From a virus, in UHGV virus genome UHGV-0107401: a stretch of 19,872 bases of DNA; one strand, written 5' to 3'. The translations under genes and the position numbers were made by a program. Positions within the stretch are counted from its first letter, which is position 1, and each line of letters starts with the position of its first letter. The notes beneath the pieces are model-generated. The model had not been told where the DNA came from. It saw only the letters and a list, made by a program, of their open reading frames with translations, and made no database searches. Of the stretch, positions 1 to 10,829 are shown piece after piece.

Positions 1-1348
1 CGAAGCCACGGCGCGGCGTGATAACAGCACTTAGCCCGTTGTACTTACCCTCCTGGTAATCCGAAGGATTCAGGCTGGAATAGTTAGCAAAAGGAACCGC
101 GTTGATAACAGCATTACCCGCGTAAGAACCTTTCTCGTATTCGGTGTTGAAATCGGACTGAATAAGTTTTGTACCGATAACGCGGCCCAGAATCAGCCCA
201 TAGCTAATTCCATTACGCAGCGTTTTCAGTGCGCGGTTTTGCAGGCGGTCAATACCGTTCTGGTCGTAATACAGTGGGTTGGTTGTGGTGTTAGACCCGT
301 TGATCACTTCGTTAGCCAGGTCCAGTTCAAGGTTAATAGCGGCCCATGCTACTGCATACCAGTAGTTAAACGGATTACCGTCAAGCATGTGGCCGGCTAC
401 CAGCATCTTGTTGCTCAGGCCGCCTTCTGCAGATGACCCGATGTAGTTGACGTGGTTTTCCTGGAGCGTTTTCAGCAACGTACCGTTGTTCTCAACCGGG
501 TATTCAGTCACCCCATACATGAAGCGGAACGCCATCGGCGGTACCATGTTCGACGAACCGGGGTCATTTGACAGCGAGGACTGGAACGCTGCCGCCATCG
601 AAAATTCAGTAGCTGGAATATTCGGAGCTTCGACCCCTGCAAATACGGTTTTATTCTTTGTTGTCACCCATGACTGATAGGTGGCAATCGTGCTTGTGAC
701 AAAGAAATAAACCAGCGATCCGGGGGATGTGTACTGACCCGTGAGCGTTTTGAAAGTCGCTTCAGAATCCCACTCACGCGGCACCAGGTACGAGAAGAAT
801 TTCTGGTAGGTGTTGCCCAGCGAAATATCCTCATCGATGAAGTCAGCCAGTGCAGCCACAGCAGCAGCGACAGACACGTCGCCCAGCTCCAGCACGTAGA
901 CCGCGCGGGTAGTTCCCTGAGCCCAGAACGTGGTGTTCATCTCGATGATTTCGTTTGCCGCTACGGTTTTCACCGTACCCATAACTGTTGCTGTTCCTGG
1001 GTCTGTAGCCAACGGATAAGTGAAGGCGGTAGAAGTGGTCACAGTGGCGGTTACGGCGCGGTTATAAGCTGCTGGAGTAACGCCAGAGACAACCAGCGGG
1101 ATAGTGTTGCCAACGTTCCAGCCATGCGCTGCCGAGAGGGTCACCGTGACCACGCCGGTTGCCCAGGTGATAGTTGAAATAGTTTTAGCCGGTGAGGTGA
1201 TATCCTTCAGATCGTCTTTCGTCGTCAGGAGCTGGTACTCACCTGCAGCCAGGGTTGTTCCGCCCATGGAGATCATCGCGCCGGATTTGAGCAGCTGAGA
1301 GGGCTTCGGTGGATTGGTCACCGAGACGTTAATGTTAACAATTGCCAT
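1..1348 (-). CDS. Phage structural protein, 5' portion only (at least 449 codons; continues past window start); N-terminal Ig-like domain; possibly tail sheath or major tail protein
   Basis: ATG at 1346-1348 with GGAG about 10 nt upstream; hand translation MAIVNINVSVTNPPKPSQLLKSGAMISMGGTTLAAGEYQLL... with no in-frame stop where checked (1200-1348); ORF track shows no complete minus ORF and only short plus ORFs here, consistent with a frame open to the edge. Ig-like segment VTVTLSAAHGWNVGNTIPLVVSGVTPAAYNRAVTATVTTSTAFTY. Lies downstream of head-tail joining genes. Confidence 0.5.
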   Translation of the reverse strand, partial: MAIVNINVSVTNPPKPSQLLKSGAMISMGGTTLAAGEYQLLTTKDDLKDITSPAKTISTITWATGVVTVTLSAAHGWNVGNTIPLVVSGVTPAAYNRAVTATVTTSTAFTYPLATDPGTATVMGTVKTVAANEIIEMNTTFWAQGTTRAVYVLELGDVSVAAAVAALADFIDEDISLGNTYQKFFSYLVPREWDSEATFKTLTGQYTSPGSLVYFFVTSTIATYQSWVTTKNKTVFAGVEAPNIPATEFSMAAAFQSSLSNDPGSSNMVPPMAFRFMYGVTEYPVENNGTLLKTLQENHVNYIGSSAEGGLSNKMLVAGHMLDGNPFNYWYAVAWAAINLELDLANEVINGSNTTTNPLYYDQNGIDRLQNRALKTLRNGISYGLILGRVIGTKLIQSDFNTEYEKGSYAGNAVINAVPFANYSSLNPSDYQEGKYNGLSAVITPRRGF

Positions 1349-1352
1349 TTAT

Positions 1353-2294
1353 TTATTTCTCCGGGTAAATGGACGGAATCGCTGACGTGATCAGCTTGCG
1401 CGCGACATTCCGCATGCGCTGCTGGTAATAGTTGACTTTGAACTTGATGGTTTTTCTCATGGCGATGATGTTCAGCTCGTTCTGCGTGACGCGCTCGTCC
1501 TGAACTACCGGGATATTCATCACGCCCATTTCCGCGTCATCGCCGAGCGTGTACTGCTGCACGTACCTCACGAAATCTTCAACCCCGGCATTGCGCAGGC
1601 CAGTGATGGAGATCGTCACATCCTCGGAAACCAGCTGATACTGGTTCTGCTGCTCGTCGAGGTAAAAGCTCCCGGCGATAGGCGCGGTGTTGCTGCACTT
1701 CACCGTTGCATACGGCGGTGAAAGGTTCTGCGTAGACAGCATGGCCGGAAACATTGGCATGTACTGGCTCAGCGCCAGCCATACGGGCAATGAGCTCGAA
1801 ACCACAACGTCCGACAGGTCGATATCGTCGGCAGAGTTGATGATCTGCGATCGCATGTAGGGGAATATTGCCTCCCCTGTGTAGTGGTAGAGGTTGGCCG
1901 GTTCGTTCAGCCCGGTGCGACGGGAGAAGGAAAACTGGAGGCCAAAAAATTCGCCGATATACAGGACATCAGATCCGATATCGTTGAACGGGTCGATGTC
2001 CGCCTGCGCGGTAAACGTCACGACGTTCCGGTCGTAAAGCTGTTCGTCGTCCTGGATGGTTTCGGTCGTCAGGTGCAGATAACCTTTGACGTCAACCGTA
2101 TCTGGCTCGCTGCTTGGGTCGTCCGACAGAACAGAAGCCTTTACCCAGAAGACGAAACCATCGAGGGGCAGCACCTTGCGGATATACTTTGTGAACGTGA
2201 CCACCTGAAAACGGCTCAGGTCATCAAGACCTTGCGTCAGCGTGGCGTTAAGCTCGGTTTTTGCAGTTTGCTGCAACTCATCCAGGGAAGGCAT
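1353..2294 (-). CDS. Hypothetical phage structural protein (313 aa), neck/tail region, function unassigned
   Basis: Complete 313-codon ORF, co-oriented and tightly packed with neighbours (4-nt gap downstream, overlaps upstream gene); no motif I can name. Confidence 0.6.
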   Translation of the reverse strand: MPSLDELQQTAKTELNATLTQGLDDLSRFQVVTFTKYIRKVLPLDGFVFWVKASVLSDDPSSEPDTVDVKGYLHLTTETIQDDEQLYDRNVVTFTAQADIDPFNDIGSDVLYIGEFFGLQFSFSRRTGLNEPANLYHYTGEAIFPYMRSQIINSADDIDLSDVVVSSSLPVWLALSQYMPMFPAMLSTQNLSPPYATVKCSNTAPIAGSFYLDEQQNQYQLVSEDVTISITGLRNAGVEDFVRYVQQYTLGDDAEMGVMNIPVVQDERVTQNELNIIAMRKTIKFKVNYYQQRMRNVARKLITSAIPSIYPEK

Positions 2295-2712
2295 TTAGCA
2301 CCCCGCTCACCCAGGCGCGCATCGCGGCCTGATAGGTTCCGGTATCGATGAATGACGGGCGCGGTGGCCCTTTTTTGTTTTTGAATCGCCGGGATATACC
2401 ATCCAGCGCGCGGCGCGTAGGCACTCCCGGCAATCCGTTCATTTCGGTGTTGTCGAGGAAGGCGACAAACAGGTCATGGATCCGTGACATCGACTCTGCC
2501 AGAGGGTCTTTGGCTGGCGGCGCGCCGGCCATCATATTCTCAAGCGACGCGGCCAGGTCGTTCGCCATCAGGTCAGCGATGTCGTTGCTGTACCTGTCGA
2601 AAAACGTCTGCATGATCTGGTACTTTTCCTCCAGATACTCGGCGACGTCTCCTGTTGTGGTGTTCTCGTCCTCATACGGGACGTCAATCACTCCAAGGTG
2701 GAAGGTGATCAT
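2278..2712 (-). CDS. Hypothetical head-tail joining / head completion protein (about 144 aa)
   Basis: Track ORF 2278..2769; start trimmed to internal ATG (MITFHLGVIDVPYEDE...) that abuts the stop of the upstream gene at 2709. Small protein between capsid and tail modules. Confidence 0.5.
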   Translation of the reverse strand: MITFHLGVIDVPYEDENTTTGDVAEYLEEKYQIMQTFFDRYSNDIADLMANDLAASLENMMAGAPPAKDPLAESMSRIHDLFVAFLDNTEMNGLPGVPTRRALDGISRRFKNKKGPPRPSFIDTGTYQAAMRAWVSGVLNAFPG

Positions 2713-3137
2713 GACAGCCCCCACAGGCTGCCGAACTGCTGGGCAATCATCAGGTACCGGCGGCCCCATGGGTCCTGCAACATCTGCAGGTCAGCCAGCG
2801 ACAGGTCTTTGAAGAAGTCCGGAACCAGGCGCTGAGCGCTGGTTGAGTTATCCCCTGCACCAGTAATCACGCCAGCCTTGAAATCGTTCAGGCCATACGT
2901 TTTCCTGAACTCGGCGAATACCGATTCCGTGCCATAGTTGACCAGGAAAGACGCGCCCAGGTTGTACACCGCAACGGTGTACAGGTTCGGCGTGACGCAC
3001 GCGATATCAGGGTTTACCCACTCAACCGCGCCGCCATATGCCAGGTTGAAAGACGGCGAGTCGTCGGGAACCTGCGCGGCGGTCACGCCCATGTCAGTTC
3101 GAACGAATTCGATGAATCCCGACAGGCTCGTTGTCAT
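2709..3137 (-). CDS. Hypothetical head-tail connector / neck protein (142 aa)
   Basis: Complete ORF MTTSLSGFIEFVRTDMGV..., start overlaps stop of upstream gene (3134); position typical of adaptor proteins. Confidence 0.5.
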   Translation of the reverse strand: MTTSLSGFIEFVRTDMGVTAAQVPDDSPSFNLAYGGAVEWVNPDIACVTPNLYTVAVYNLGASFLVNYGTESVFAEFRKTYGLNDFKAGVITGAGDNSTSAQRLVPDFFKDLSLADLQMLQDPWGRRYLMIAQQFGSLWGLS

Positions 3138-3616
3138 TTTTTCTTGCTCCCGGATTTTTCAGTCACGATTGTTTCGTTAACCGTTGGGGTGTCTTCGCTG
3201 TCTTCGCGGCCTTTCGCCTGCTCAGCGCTGACTTCCATTTCGCCGGAATAGCCGGTACCGCTTTCGCGCAGAGAACTATCCAGAGCCGCTACGGATGCCT
3301 GGCGGCGGCCGTGGGCGCCACGGGTCAGGTGAATATCGTTATCGCGGATTGCTTTTTCGATTACCGACGCTGATACAGGCTTGTTCAGGCTGTAGCACAA
3401 GCCGACAAACGCCTGGCTCTGGTCGATTTTCGTCGAGTCAACCAGACCGTAAACCTGGTGATGCTGCACCACTGCGTCAACTTCTTCAGTTGAGCCATCC
3501 AGCACCATCATCTGATCGCCGTGGTTAATCGGGATCTGAATAAGGCGGCCGGTCTCCAGCTTGCGATAGGCGAAAATCTGGCGCTGCTTGGTGGTGTTAG
3601 CGATATAGAGTTTCAT
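3134..3616 (-). CDS. Hypothetical phage protein (160 aa) downstream of capsid gene
   Basis: Complete ORF MKLYIANTTKQRQIF...; GAGGG Shine-Dalgarno between terminator T-run and ATG; acidic S/T/E-rich C-terminus; function unknown. Confidence 0.5.
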   Translation of the reverse strand: MKLYIANTTKQRQIFAYRKLETGRLIQIPINHGDQMMVLDGSTEEVDAVVQHHQVYGLVDSTKIDQSQAFVGLCYSLNKPVSASVIEKAIRDNDIHLTRGAHGRRQASVAALDSSLRESGTGYSGEMEVSAEQAKGREDSEDTPTVNETIVTEKSGSKKK

Positions 3617-3629
3617 TGGTTACCCTCGT

Positions 3630-3663
3630 AAAAAAGCCCCTGCTGAGTTTCCCCAGCAGAGGC
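3630..3663 (-). terminator. Rho-independent terminator immediately 3' of the putative major capsid gene
   Basis: Minus-strand RNA reads GCCUCUGCUGG-GGAAAC-UCAGCAGGGGC followed by UUUUUU (plus-strand A-run 3630-3635); roughly 11-bp GC-rich stem with two G-U pairs. Confidence 0.6.
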
Positions 3664-3684
3664 TTAACCACTTCAAAGAATGGA

Positions 3685-4716
3685 TCAGGCGCTGTACGCC
3701 ATGGACAGGATGGTGATTGCTTCCGGACGAACTGCCCAGCCTGCGGTAGAACGCATTTCGGACAGAACATCAATGGCACCACCAGCGATCGGCGTCGGAA
3801 TCTCGCGCGGCGCGGCCATGTCGGTAAACATAAGCGCGTTCGCGGCAAGAGACGGGGTCAACTTGGCGAATTCGTTGGTGTTCACAGTCGAGTTGACCAT
3901 CGGCACTTCGACCTCAGGGATGGTGATCACCACCGCGTCGGTACCGCCAGCGCCAGCGCCGATCAGGGTATCGTCATACACCCAGTCAACCTGGACGTTT
4001 GCACCTTTCAGCACTTCTTTCACTGTGCCGCCGACGGTGTCAGTACCACCACCAGGACGCTGGTAAGAAGTCAGCTGAACGATCTGCTGAATCTCCATGG
4101 CACCGAGGACGCGCTGCGGCCCCAGGATAACGACGCGCTGCTGGCGGCCCAGTTGCATGGTGCGGGTCAGTGCGGCCTGTACGTGGCCCAGCAGATATAC
4201 CGCCATCTGGCCGTGGTCATAGGTCAGCACGGTGGTGTTACCGTTGCTGTCCGGAGGCAGGGACTCGGTCGTCGCGCCAGCGGTGTTCAGCAGGCCTTCA
4301 CCGCCAGCAGGGTTCATGCCGTACAGCAGAGCAGAGCGCAGCTGCTGGAAAATACCCTGACGCATGCCAAGGCGCTGAGCTTCCGGCAGTGCAAAGTTCC
4401 AGTTACCGGCAGCGGCCATGTCATGGTGATCGTAGATACCACGGCAGCGGAACAGATAGGTTGGGGTTGAAATCATCTTCGCATCCAGCGCCACGCTCGG
4501 CAGCTGGTTACCGTTTCCGGACTGGCTGGAAGTGGTCTGGGTGCGAATGTCCAGGCGGCGCATATAGACGTACTGATCGCCTACGCCGAGACGGACTTGC
4601 GGGTTACCGCTGGCGATGGTTTCAAACGCACCTGATGCCTGCTGGTAACCAATGATCATCTCCGGCGCGATGTACGACGGATTGACGATGGTGTAGCTGG
4701 GGGTAATTGCAGCCAT
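3685..4716 (-). CDS. Putative major capsid protein (343 aa)
   Basis: Size and position (after scaffold-like gene, before head-tail genes), followed by a strong terminator as is common for highly expressed capsid genes. Family guess (DUF2184-like) is from memory, not a search. Confidence 0.55.
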   Translation of the reverse strand: MAAITPSYTIVNPSYIAPEMIIGYQQASGAFETIASGNPQVRLGVGDQYVYMRRLDIRTQTTSSQSGNGNQLPSVALDAKMISTPTYLFRCRGIYDHHDMAAAGNWNFALPEAQRLGMRQGIFQQLRSALLYGMNPAGGEGLLNTAGATTESLPPDSNGNTTVLTYDHGQMAVYLLGHVQAALTRTMQLGRQQRVVILGPQRVLGAMEIQQIVQLTSYQRPGGGTDTVGGTVKEVLKGANVQVDWVYDDTLIGAGAGGTDAVVITIPEVEVPMVNSTVNTNEFAKLTPSLAANALMFTDMAAPREIPTPIAGGAIDVLSEMRSTAGWAVRPEAITILSMAYSA

Positions 4717-4732
4717 TTAATTCAGCTCCCGA

Positions 4733-5593
4733 TTAAAGTAAGACCAGCGCGCAGCTGTCGGTGTTGTTCCAGGTCAGGAAACCCGTCGCGCTGTCATAGC
4801 TGACAGTCTTGGAGTTGCCTGATTCGATGGCGAGCACTTTTACCGGCAGCGTGATGTCGGAAAGCGTAACTGCGCCGATGGTGCCCTGCATTGTTGCAGC
4901 GCCGCCTGGTGCAGTTGCCGGGGCATAGGTGAAGGTCGTTGTGTTCACGACTGAAAGCACGACCACAGTACCGTTGTACGCAGCAGGAGCGACGCCGCTG
5001 ATTTTCACGTACTGACCAGCAGTCAGGCCATGAGCTGAAACGGTTACCGCTGTCGCCACACCATTGGCATAGGTCACTGCAGTTGTCGCAATATCAGAAC
5101 CGGCGAAACCGGCCGCCGCCGCGGTGGTGATCTGGTTGTTCACAAAATCCCAGGCCAGCGGCGTTTTCACCGACGCGCCGGAAGTGCCCAGCGCAACAAC
5201 CTGTGCAGAGGCTTTCAGCGGCACGCGCATGTTGGAGCCCAGGCGGTAGTACGAAACGCTCATGCCGGATGCGTACAGCGGTACCGGAGACTGAGGAGTG
5301 GTCAGGCCATTGTGAGCCTGATTGAAGACGGTGAAGCCTTCCAGCTCGGCAACAGACACAGCGCGACGGATGTATGAACCGCGCGGGCTTGAGCTGGTAC
5401 CAGGCAGAAGTTCAGCAACCGGCAGACCGCCCCAAAGTGGTTTGGTTTCCGTTGCCGCCACGGTGCCCGCCGCCAGATTGAAGCGGTTAGCCGGGTCATC
5501 CAGCGCCACGCCCTGAATATAACCGTCGGACTGCACACCGAAGGAGCCCAGCGCATTCGTGGTTGCCATCGGGTTAAGAGATAAGTTAGCCAT
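4733..5593 (-). CDS. Structural protein with C-terminal Ig-like domain (286 aa); possible capsid decoration protein
   Basis: ORF MANLSLNPMATTNALGSF...; Ala/Thr/Gly/Val-rich; Ig-like segment VTVSAHGLTAGQYVKISGVAPAAYNGTVVVLSVVNTTTFTY resembles the N-terminal domain of the gene at 1..1348; lies between scaffold-like and capsid genes. Confidence 0.45.
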   Translation of the reverse strand: MANLSLNPMATTNALGSFGVQSDGYIQGVALDDPANRFNLAAGTVAATETKPLWGGLPVAELLPGTSSSPRGSYIRRAVSVAELEGFTVFNQAHNGLTTPQSPVPLYASGMSVSYYRLGSNMRVPLKASAQVVALGTSGASVKTPLAWDFVNNQITTAAAAGFAGSDIATTAVTYANGVATAVTVSAHGLTAGQYVKISGVAPAAYNGTVVVLSVVNTTTFTYAPATAPGGAATMQGTIGAVTLSDITLPVKVLAIESGNSKTVSYDSATGFLTWNNTDSCALVLL

Positions 5594-5608
5594 GCTTGAG
5601 AGCTCCCG

Positions 5609-7231
<1,623 letters not shown>

Positions 7232-7240
7232 TTAATGCTC

Positions 7241-8065
7241 CTATGCTGCTTTCTTCATCGACTCCATGAACTTCTGCCCCTTCTGGGTCAGCATGTATTC
7301 AGGAATGCTTCGGATGTTGTAGATGTAGGTCACGTAGCACTGACAAAAAACCTCTTCGCCTGGCTGAGTGATTTCGTCGAGATAACCGGCTGGCCCGGCT
7401 TTCACGTACCCGTTTTTTTGCGCCCAGTTCCCGCGAATCAGGTAATACAGCTGATCGCGTTCCTTGTGGTCTTCCCGGAAGTCATAACCCGGACGCCGCC
7501 AGTGGCTGTGCCATATCGCTGCAATCGCGTTATTGCTGGTTGCGATCACGTTGTCGATGTTGGCTATCAGCTTATGGTTCTGGTCGATCATCACCCGGCG
7601 CGCTTCATAGTCGACCTTCTCGGCGGCCTTCTGAATGTGCGCTGCCGTCTCCCGCATCGTTCCCTGAATGCCGGTCAGCGCAATGCTGTCTGCTGAGGGA
7701 ATGCTGCTGGCCCAGCCGCTAAACCGCGACAACGTGGTGTCGATGGCTTTTTTGCGGTTGAGCTGGATTAGGTCAGCGCTGGCGAGGATCCGCCTGTCGA
7801 GCTCCGTCCTCAGCTTCGGCTCAAGGTAGTTGAGCGTGAACCGGGATATGCCCTGATGGCGCTTCAGCGCGCCAGCGCGGCCCACCTGCAGGTCGTATGC
7901 CTTCGTCAGGTTGCGGGTGACCATCGCCATGTAGTCATCGGCGGTTTCGCTTTCGGCGGCCTGGCGGATAATCGCCTGCCAGCGCTCCAGCTCTTCACGG
8001 GATGAGTAGCCGTTGCGGAGAAAGAACTTCACCGCGTCTCTCACTGTTCTGGTGAAAGTGTTCAT
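7241..8065 (-). CDS. Head morphogenesis protein (phage Mu gpF / SPP1 gp7-like), 274 aa
   Basis: Position directly after portal with ATGA start/stop overlap (8062-8065); size and composition typical of the family. Assignment by synteny and general resemblance. Confidence 0.55.
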   Translation of the reverse strand: MNTFTRTVRDAVKFFLRNGYSSREELERWQAIIRQAAESETADDYMAMVTRNLTKAYDLQVGRAGALKRHQGISRFTLNYLEPKLRTELDRRILASADLIQLNRKKAIDTTLSRFSGWASSIPSADSIALTGIQGTMRETAAHIQKAAEKVDYEARRVMIDQNHKLIANIDNVIATSNNAIAAIWHSHWRRPGYDFREDHKERDQLYYLIRGNWAQKNGYVKAGPAGYLDEITQPGEEVFCQCYVTYIYNIRSIPEYMLTQKGQKFMESMKKAA

Positions 8066-9483
8066 AGCATCATCCCGCCGCCAGGCTCTTCAGCTTTCGG
8101 CGGCTCTGGCGGTGGGTTTTCCTTCAGCGAGTCGTAATCGAGGTTAAGCCGCTGAGGGAAGAGGTTCTCGTTGGCGTTGGCGTTTTCACACGCCCACTCG
8201 ATCAGCGTCGCACGGTTTTCCGGGTCAGCCGTGAGCTGCGGCAGCACCACTTCCAGCATGCTTACGATCGCCTTAAATCGCGTTTCATCGACCTTCACCT
8301 TCTCGCTTTCCGCCTCTTTCAGAGAGGACGGCCAGCGATATTCGAAGTTGTTTATCCAACTCGCGAAATACACGCTGTAGGTGTTTTTCAGCTCCGGGAA
8401 GTCAGCACGCAGCGACTGGAAGAACTCAATGCTCCAGGCGCGGTACTGGCACACGCGGATGAAGAACGCATAAAGCTGGTCCAGCCACTCGCGGATGTTG
8501 TCGATGTACACCGACACGGCGCGGGCATCTTCAGTGCCTTCACCGAAGCCCTGAGCGAACGTCTCAGAGTTGAGGATGATCGCCGGCATGTCTGCGGCGG
8601 CGGCCACGTTCTCGAGAATGTGCTTACGCGCAGAGTCGAGAGGCTTTTCCAGGTTGCTCAGGTCGATTGACTCGATGTTGTCGAGTTCGCCGATCTGCAG
8701 GACCTCTCCCGTCTTCCCGCGCTTAAGCATCATGCGCTTAATGCCGCTGAGCTTCTGCATCATGTTGTTGACGACGGAGCTTGGTCCCTTGATTTTCGTC
8801 ACCAGCAGGCCGCCTTTCACGGCAACCATATCGTCGGTGCGCATGGTCTGGATGAAAGACTTCAGCGGATAGAGCGCGCGCTGGTACACGCTGCGGCCCG
8901 TGAAGCCGAACGCCGCCGGGTTGTACGCAAGGTAAATTGGATCCTCGTTCTGTACGACGACACAGCGCGATTTGTGATACGGCTTGCCCGCCACCCGGAT
9001 TCCGTCGACTTTCTGGAAGTCCTGGGCGTTCGGGTCCTGATTCAACACGATACTGCCCGCGGTATTCAGCGGGTCAAGAATGTTAAAGCTGACGTTGTGC
9101 TTGTACAGCGTGCGGTAGTCCAGCGATTCGTTCGGCTCCTGGTTATCCACCAGCATGGCGATCGCAGATACGCCGTAAATACGGGCGATGCGCGCGGCGT
9201 TGGCGATGTGCTGGTTAGCACCCATCGCTTTCCACTCGCGCTCGAACGCGTCACGCAGGCGCTGTTCAAGCCCATAGGACTGGGCAACATGCACGGTGCG
9301 AGGCTCATTCATCGCCATTTTAATCGGTCGATCCACCATCTTCCCGCCCAGCGGGTGGTAGAGGTAAACCGTTTTGCAGGTCTGATAGCCAGCCGTAGAG
9401 CCGGGCTGGATGTCGTCGCTGTCCAGCAATGCCATCAACTCTGAGTGAGAGCAGCTGCCGATTTCGAAATCGTCTTCGTTCAT
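8062..9483 (-). CDS. Portal protein (473 aa)
   Basis: About 470 aa ORF immediately downstream of terminase large subunit; acidic C-terminal tail (...ENPPPEPPKAEEPGGGMML); canonical terL-portal-MuF order. Confidence 0.75.
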   Translation of the reverse strand: MNEDDFEIGSCSHSELMALLDSDDIQPGSTAGYQTCKTVYLYHPLGGKMVDRPIKMAMNEPRTVHVAQSYGLEQRLRDAFEREWKAMGANQHIANAARIARIYGVSAIAMLVDNQEPNESLDYRTLYKHNVSFNILDPLNTAGSIVLNQDPNAQDFQKVDGIRVAGKPYHKSRCVVVQNEDPIYLAYNPAAFGFTGRSVYQRALYPLKSFIQTMRTDDMVAVKGGLLVTKIKGPSSVVNNMMQKLSGIKRMMLKRGKTGEVLQIGELDNIESIDLSNLEKPLDSARKHILENVAAAADMPAIILNSETFAQGFGEGTEDARAVSVYIDNIREWLDQLYAFFIRVCQYRAWSIEFFQSLRADFPELKNTYSVYFASWINNFEYRWPSSLKEAESEKVKVDETRFKAIVSMLEVVLPQLTADPENRATLIEWACENANANENLFPQRLNLDYDSLKENPPPEPPKAEEPGGGMML

Positions 9484-9494
9484 TGGTTCTCTCG

Positions 9495-10826
9495 TCAGAT
9501 TGCGTCGCCGCTGCCGAAGGCGATGATCAGCCCGTAGGTGTAATCATCGAGCAGGTCATCGGCGCGCTTATGCGCTTTCTTGTCGGCAAGGTGGAATCGG
9601 GAAACCTGCTTGTGCAGATGGTTTGCTGTTTCGCCCTTGAAGACGGCTGTCTTCTCGTAGGCGTGTCGGGATATTTTCGCCAGGCCGCGGTAGTGATAAC
9701 CGGAGGCCATAATGGCGCGCTCGTCCTTTCCTTTGCTGGTCAGGGCGGATTCGATTTTGTTTACCGGCCATCCCAGGCTTTCGCCTTTCTGCAGGAGGAT
9801 GCTGCCCATGCTGGCGTCTTCGATGAACACGCCGAGGCTGCCGTTGATGGCTACACACTGGCCGGAAAGCTCGTTGAGGCGGTCGAACACCGACGGCATC
9901 CACGTTTCCAGCAGAGCGCCGTCAATCTGCACCACGTCCCAGTCCAGAATCGTGAGGCGCTGAATGCCGGGCCGGGTGTCGACGGCGTAATACACCACCG
10001 CCGTGCCGTCATGCTCTGAACCACCTTTGACAGCGGTATCCATGACAGCGAAGACGGCCTGGCACATTTCAGGGTAATCGACAGGCTGATCCTGATTCTC
10101 ACCCTCGAACCATTTGCGGACGTCGAACAGCGAAGCGGCGGACCAGTCGACGAACTCGGCCAGAAACTCCTGGCGGAACACGCGCGGGTCGTTGTTGGCC
10201 CTCTCCTTCTCCAGTTCTTCCGGCGGAACAAACGGGTTTGAGGATGTCGGCGCGTGATGCTCGATAAAGCCAAGGTTCTTGTCGTGGCAGATGGCGTAGA
10301 AGAAGTTCTCTTCGTCCACCCCGTCCGGCGTTGAAAATACGTAGGCCCGGCCTTTCGTCGTCAGCAGCGTTGGCTTAATCGACTTCGGCCAGATCTCCCT
10401 CAGCATCTCCGGCGACTTAGTAAATGCCGCCTCGTCTATCAGGATGATTTCGTACTCACGACCACGACCAGCCAGTTTGTTGTCGTTGGTGACCCAGAAG
10501 TCGATCTTTCCGCCGTTCTTCAGCAGCAGGCGCTTCTCCTGACGGCTGAAGCTCTTTTTCAGCGGCAGAAGGATTTCTTCCAGCTTGTCGTAGATCTCCT
10601 GGTACTGGCGATACTCGGCAGTGAAGATACCGACCCGCCCGCCCAGTTCGATGTCCATGCCCGGGCGCCGAAACTGCGACGTTGCGTAGGTCACCGCGGC
10701 GCTCGACAGCATGAAGGTTTTCCCCCAGCGTCGACCACAGCGAACCGCATTCAACTGGTGATCCCATGAGTCAGACCAGACCGTTAACTGTCCGTTGTGC
10801 AGCGTGGGCAGGTAAATGTCGGCCAT
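9495..10826 (-). CDS. terL: Terminase large subunit (443 aa)
   Basis: N-terminal Walker A-like motif VRCGRRWGKTFMLS, acidic nuclease-half residues further on; directly follows small-subunit gene (stop 4 nt after terL start). Confidence 0.85.
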   Translation of the reverse strand: MADIYLPTLHNGQLTVWSDSWDHQLNAVRCGRRWGKTFMLSSAAVTYATSQFRRPGMDIELGGRVGIFTAEYRQYQEIYDKLEEILLPLKKSFSRQEKRLLLKNGGKIDFWVTNDNKLAGRGREYEIILIDEAAFTKSPEMLREIWPKSIKPTLLTTKGRAYVFSTPDGVDEENFFYAICHDKNLGFIEHHAPTSSNPFVPPEELEKERANNDPRVFRQEFLAEFVDWSAASLFDVRKWFEGENQDQPVDYPEMCQAVFAVMDTAVKGGSEHDGTAVVYYAVDTRPGIQRLTILDWDVVQIDGALLETWMPSVFDRLNELSGQCVAINGSLGVFIEDASMGSILLQKGESLGWPVNKIESALTSKGKDERAIMASGYHYRGLAKISRHAYEKTAVFKGETANHLHKQVSRFHLADKKAHKRADDLLDDYTYGLIIAFGSGDAI

Positions 10827-10829
10827 GGT

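Noticed and set aside
1-1350. Three short plus-strand ORFs (239-436, 447-677, 1104-1298)
   Set aside because: All lie antisense within a long open minus-strand frame that starts at 1348 with a good RBS.
3616-4470. 284-aa plus-strand ORF antisense to the putative major capsid gene
   Set aside because: Fully overlaps a well-supported minus-strand gene; Arg/Gly/His-rich composition typical of a spurious antisense frame in GC-rich coding DNA; no start context.
9429-10019. 196-aa plus-strand ORF, with neighbouring short ORFs inside terL on both strands
   Set aside because: Overlap the terminase large subunit gene; alternative-frame artefacts of GC-rich DNA.
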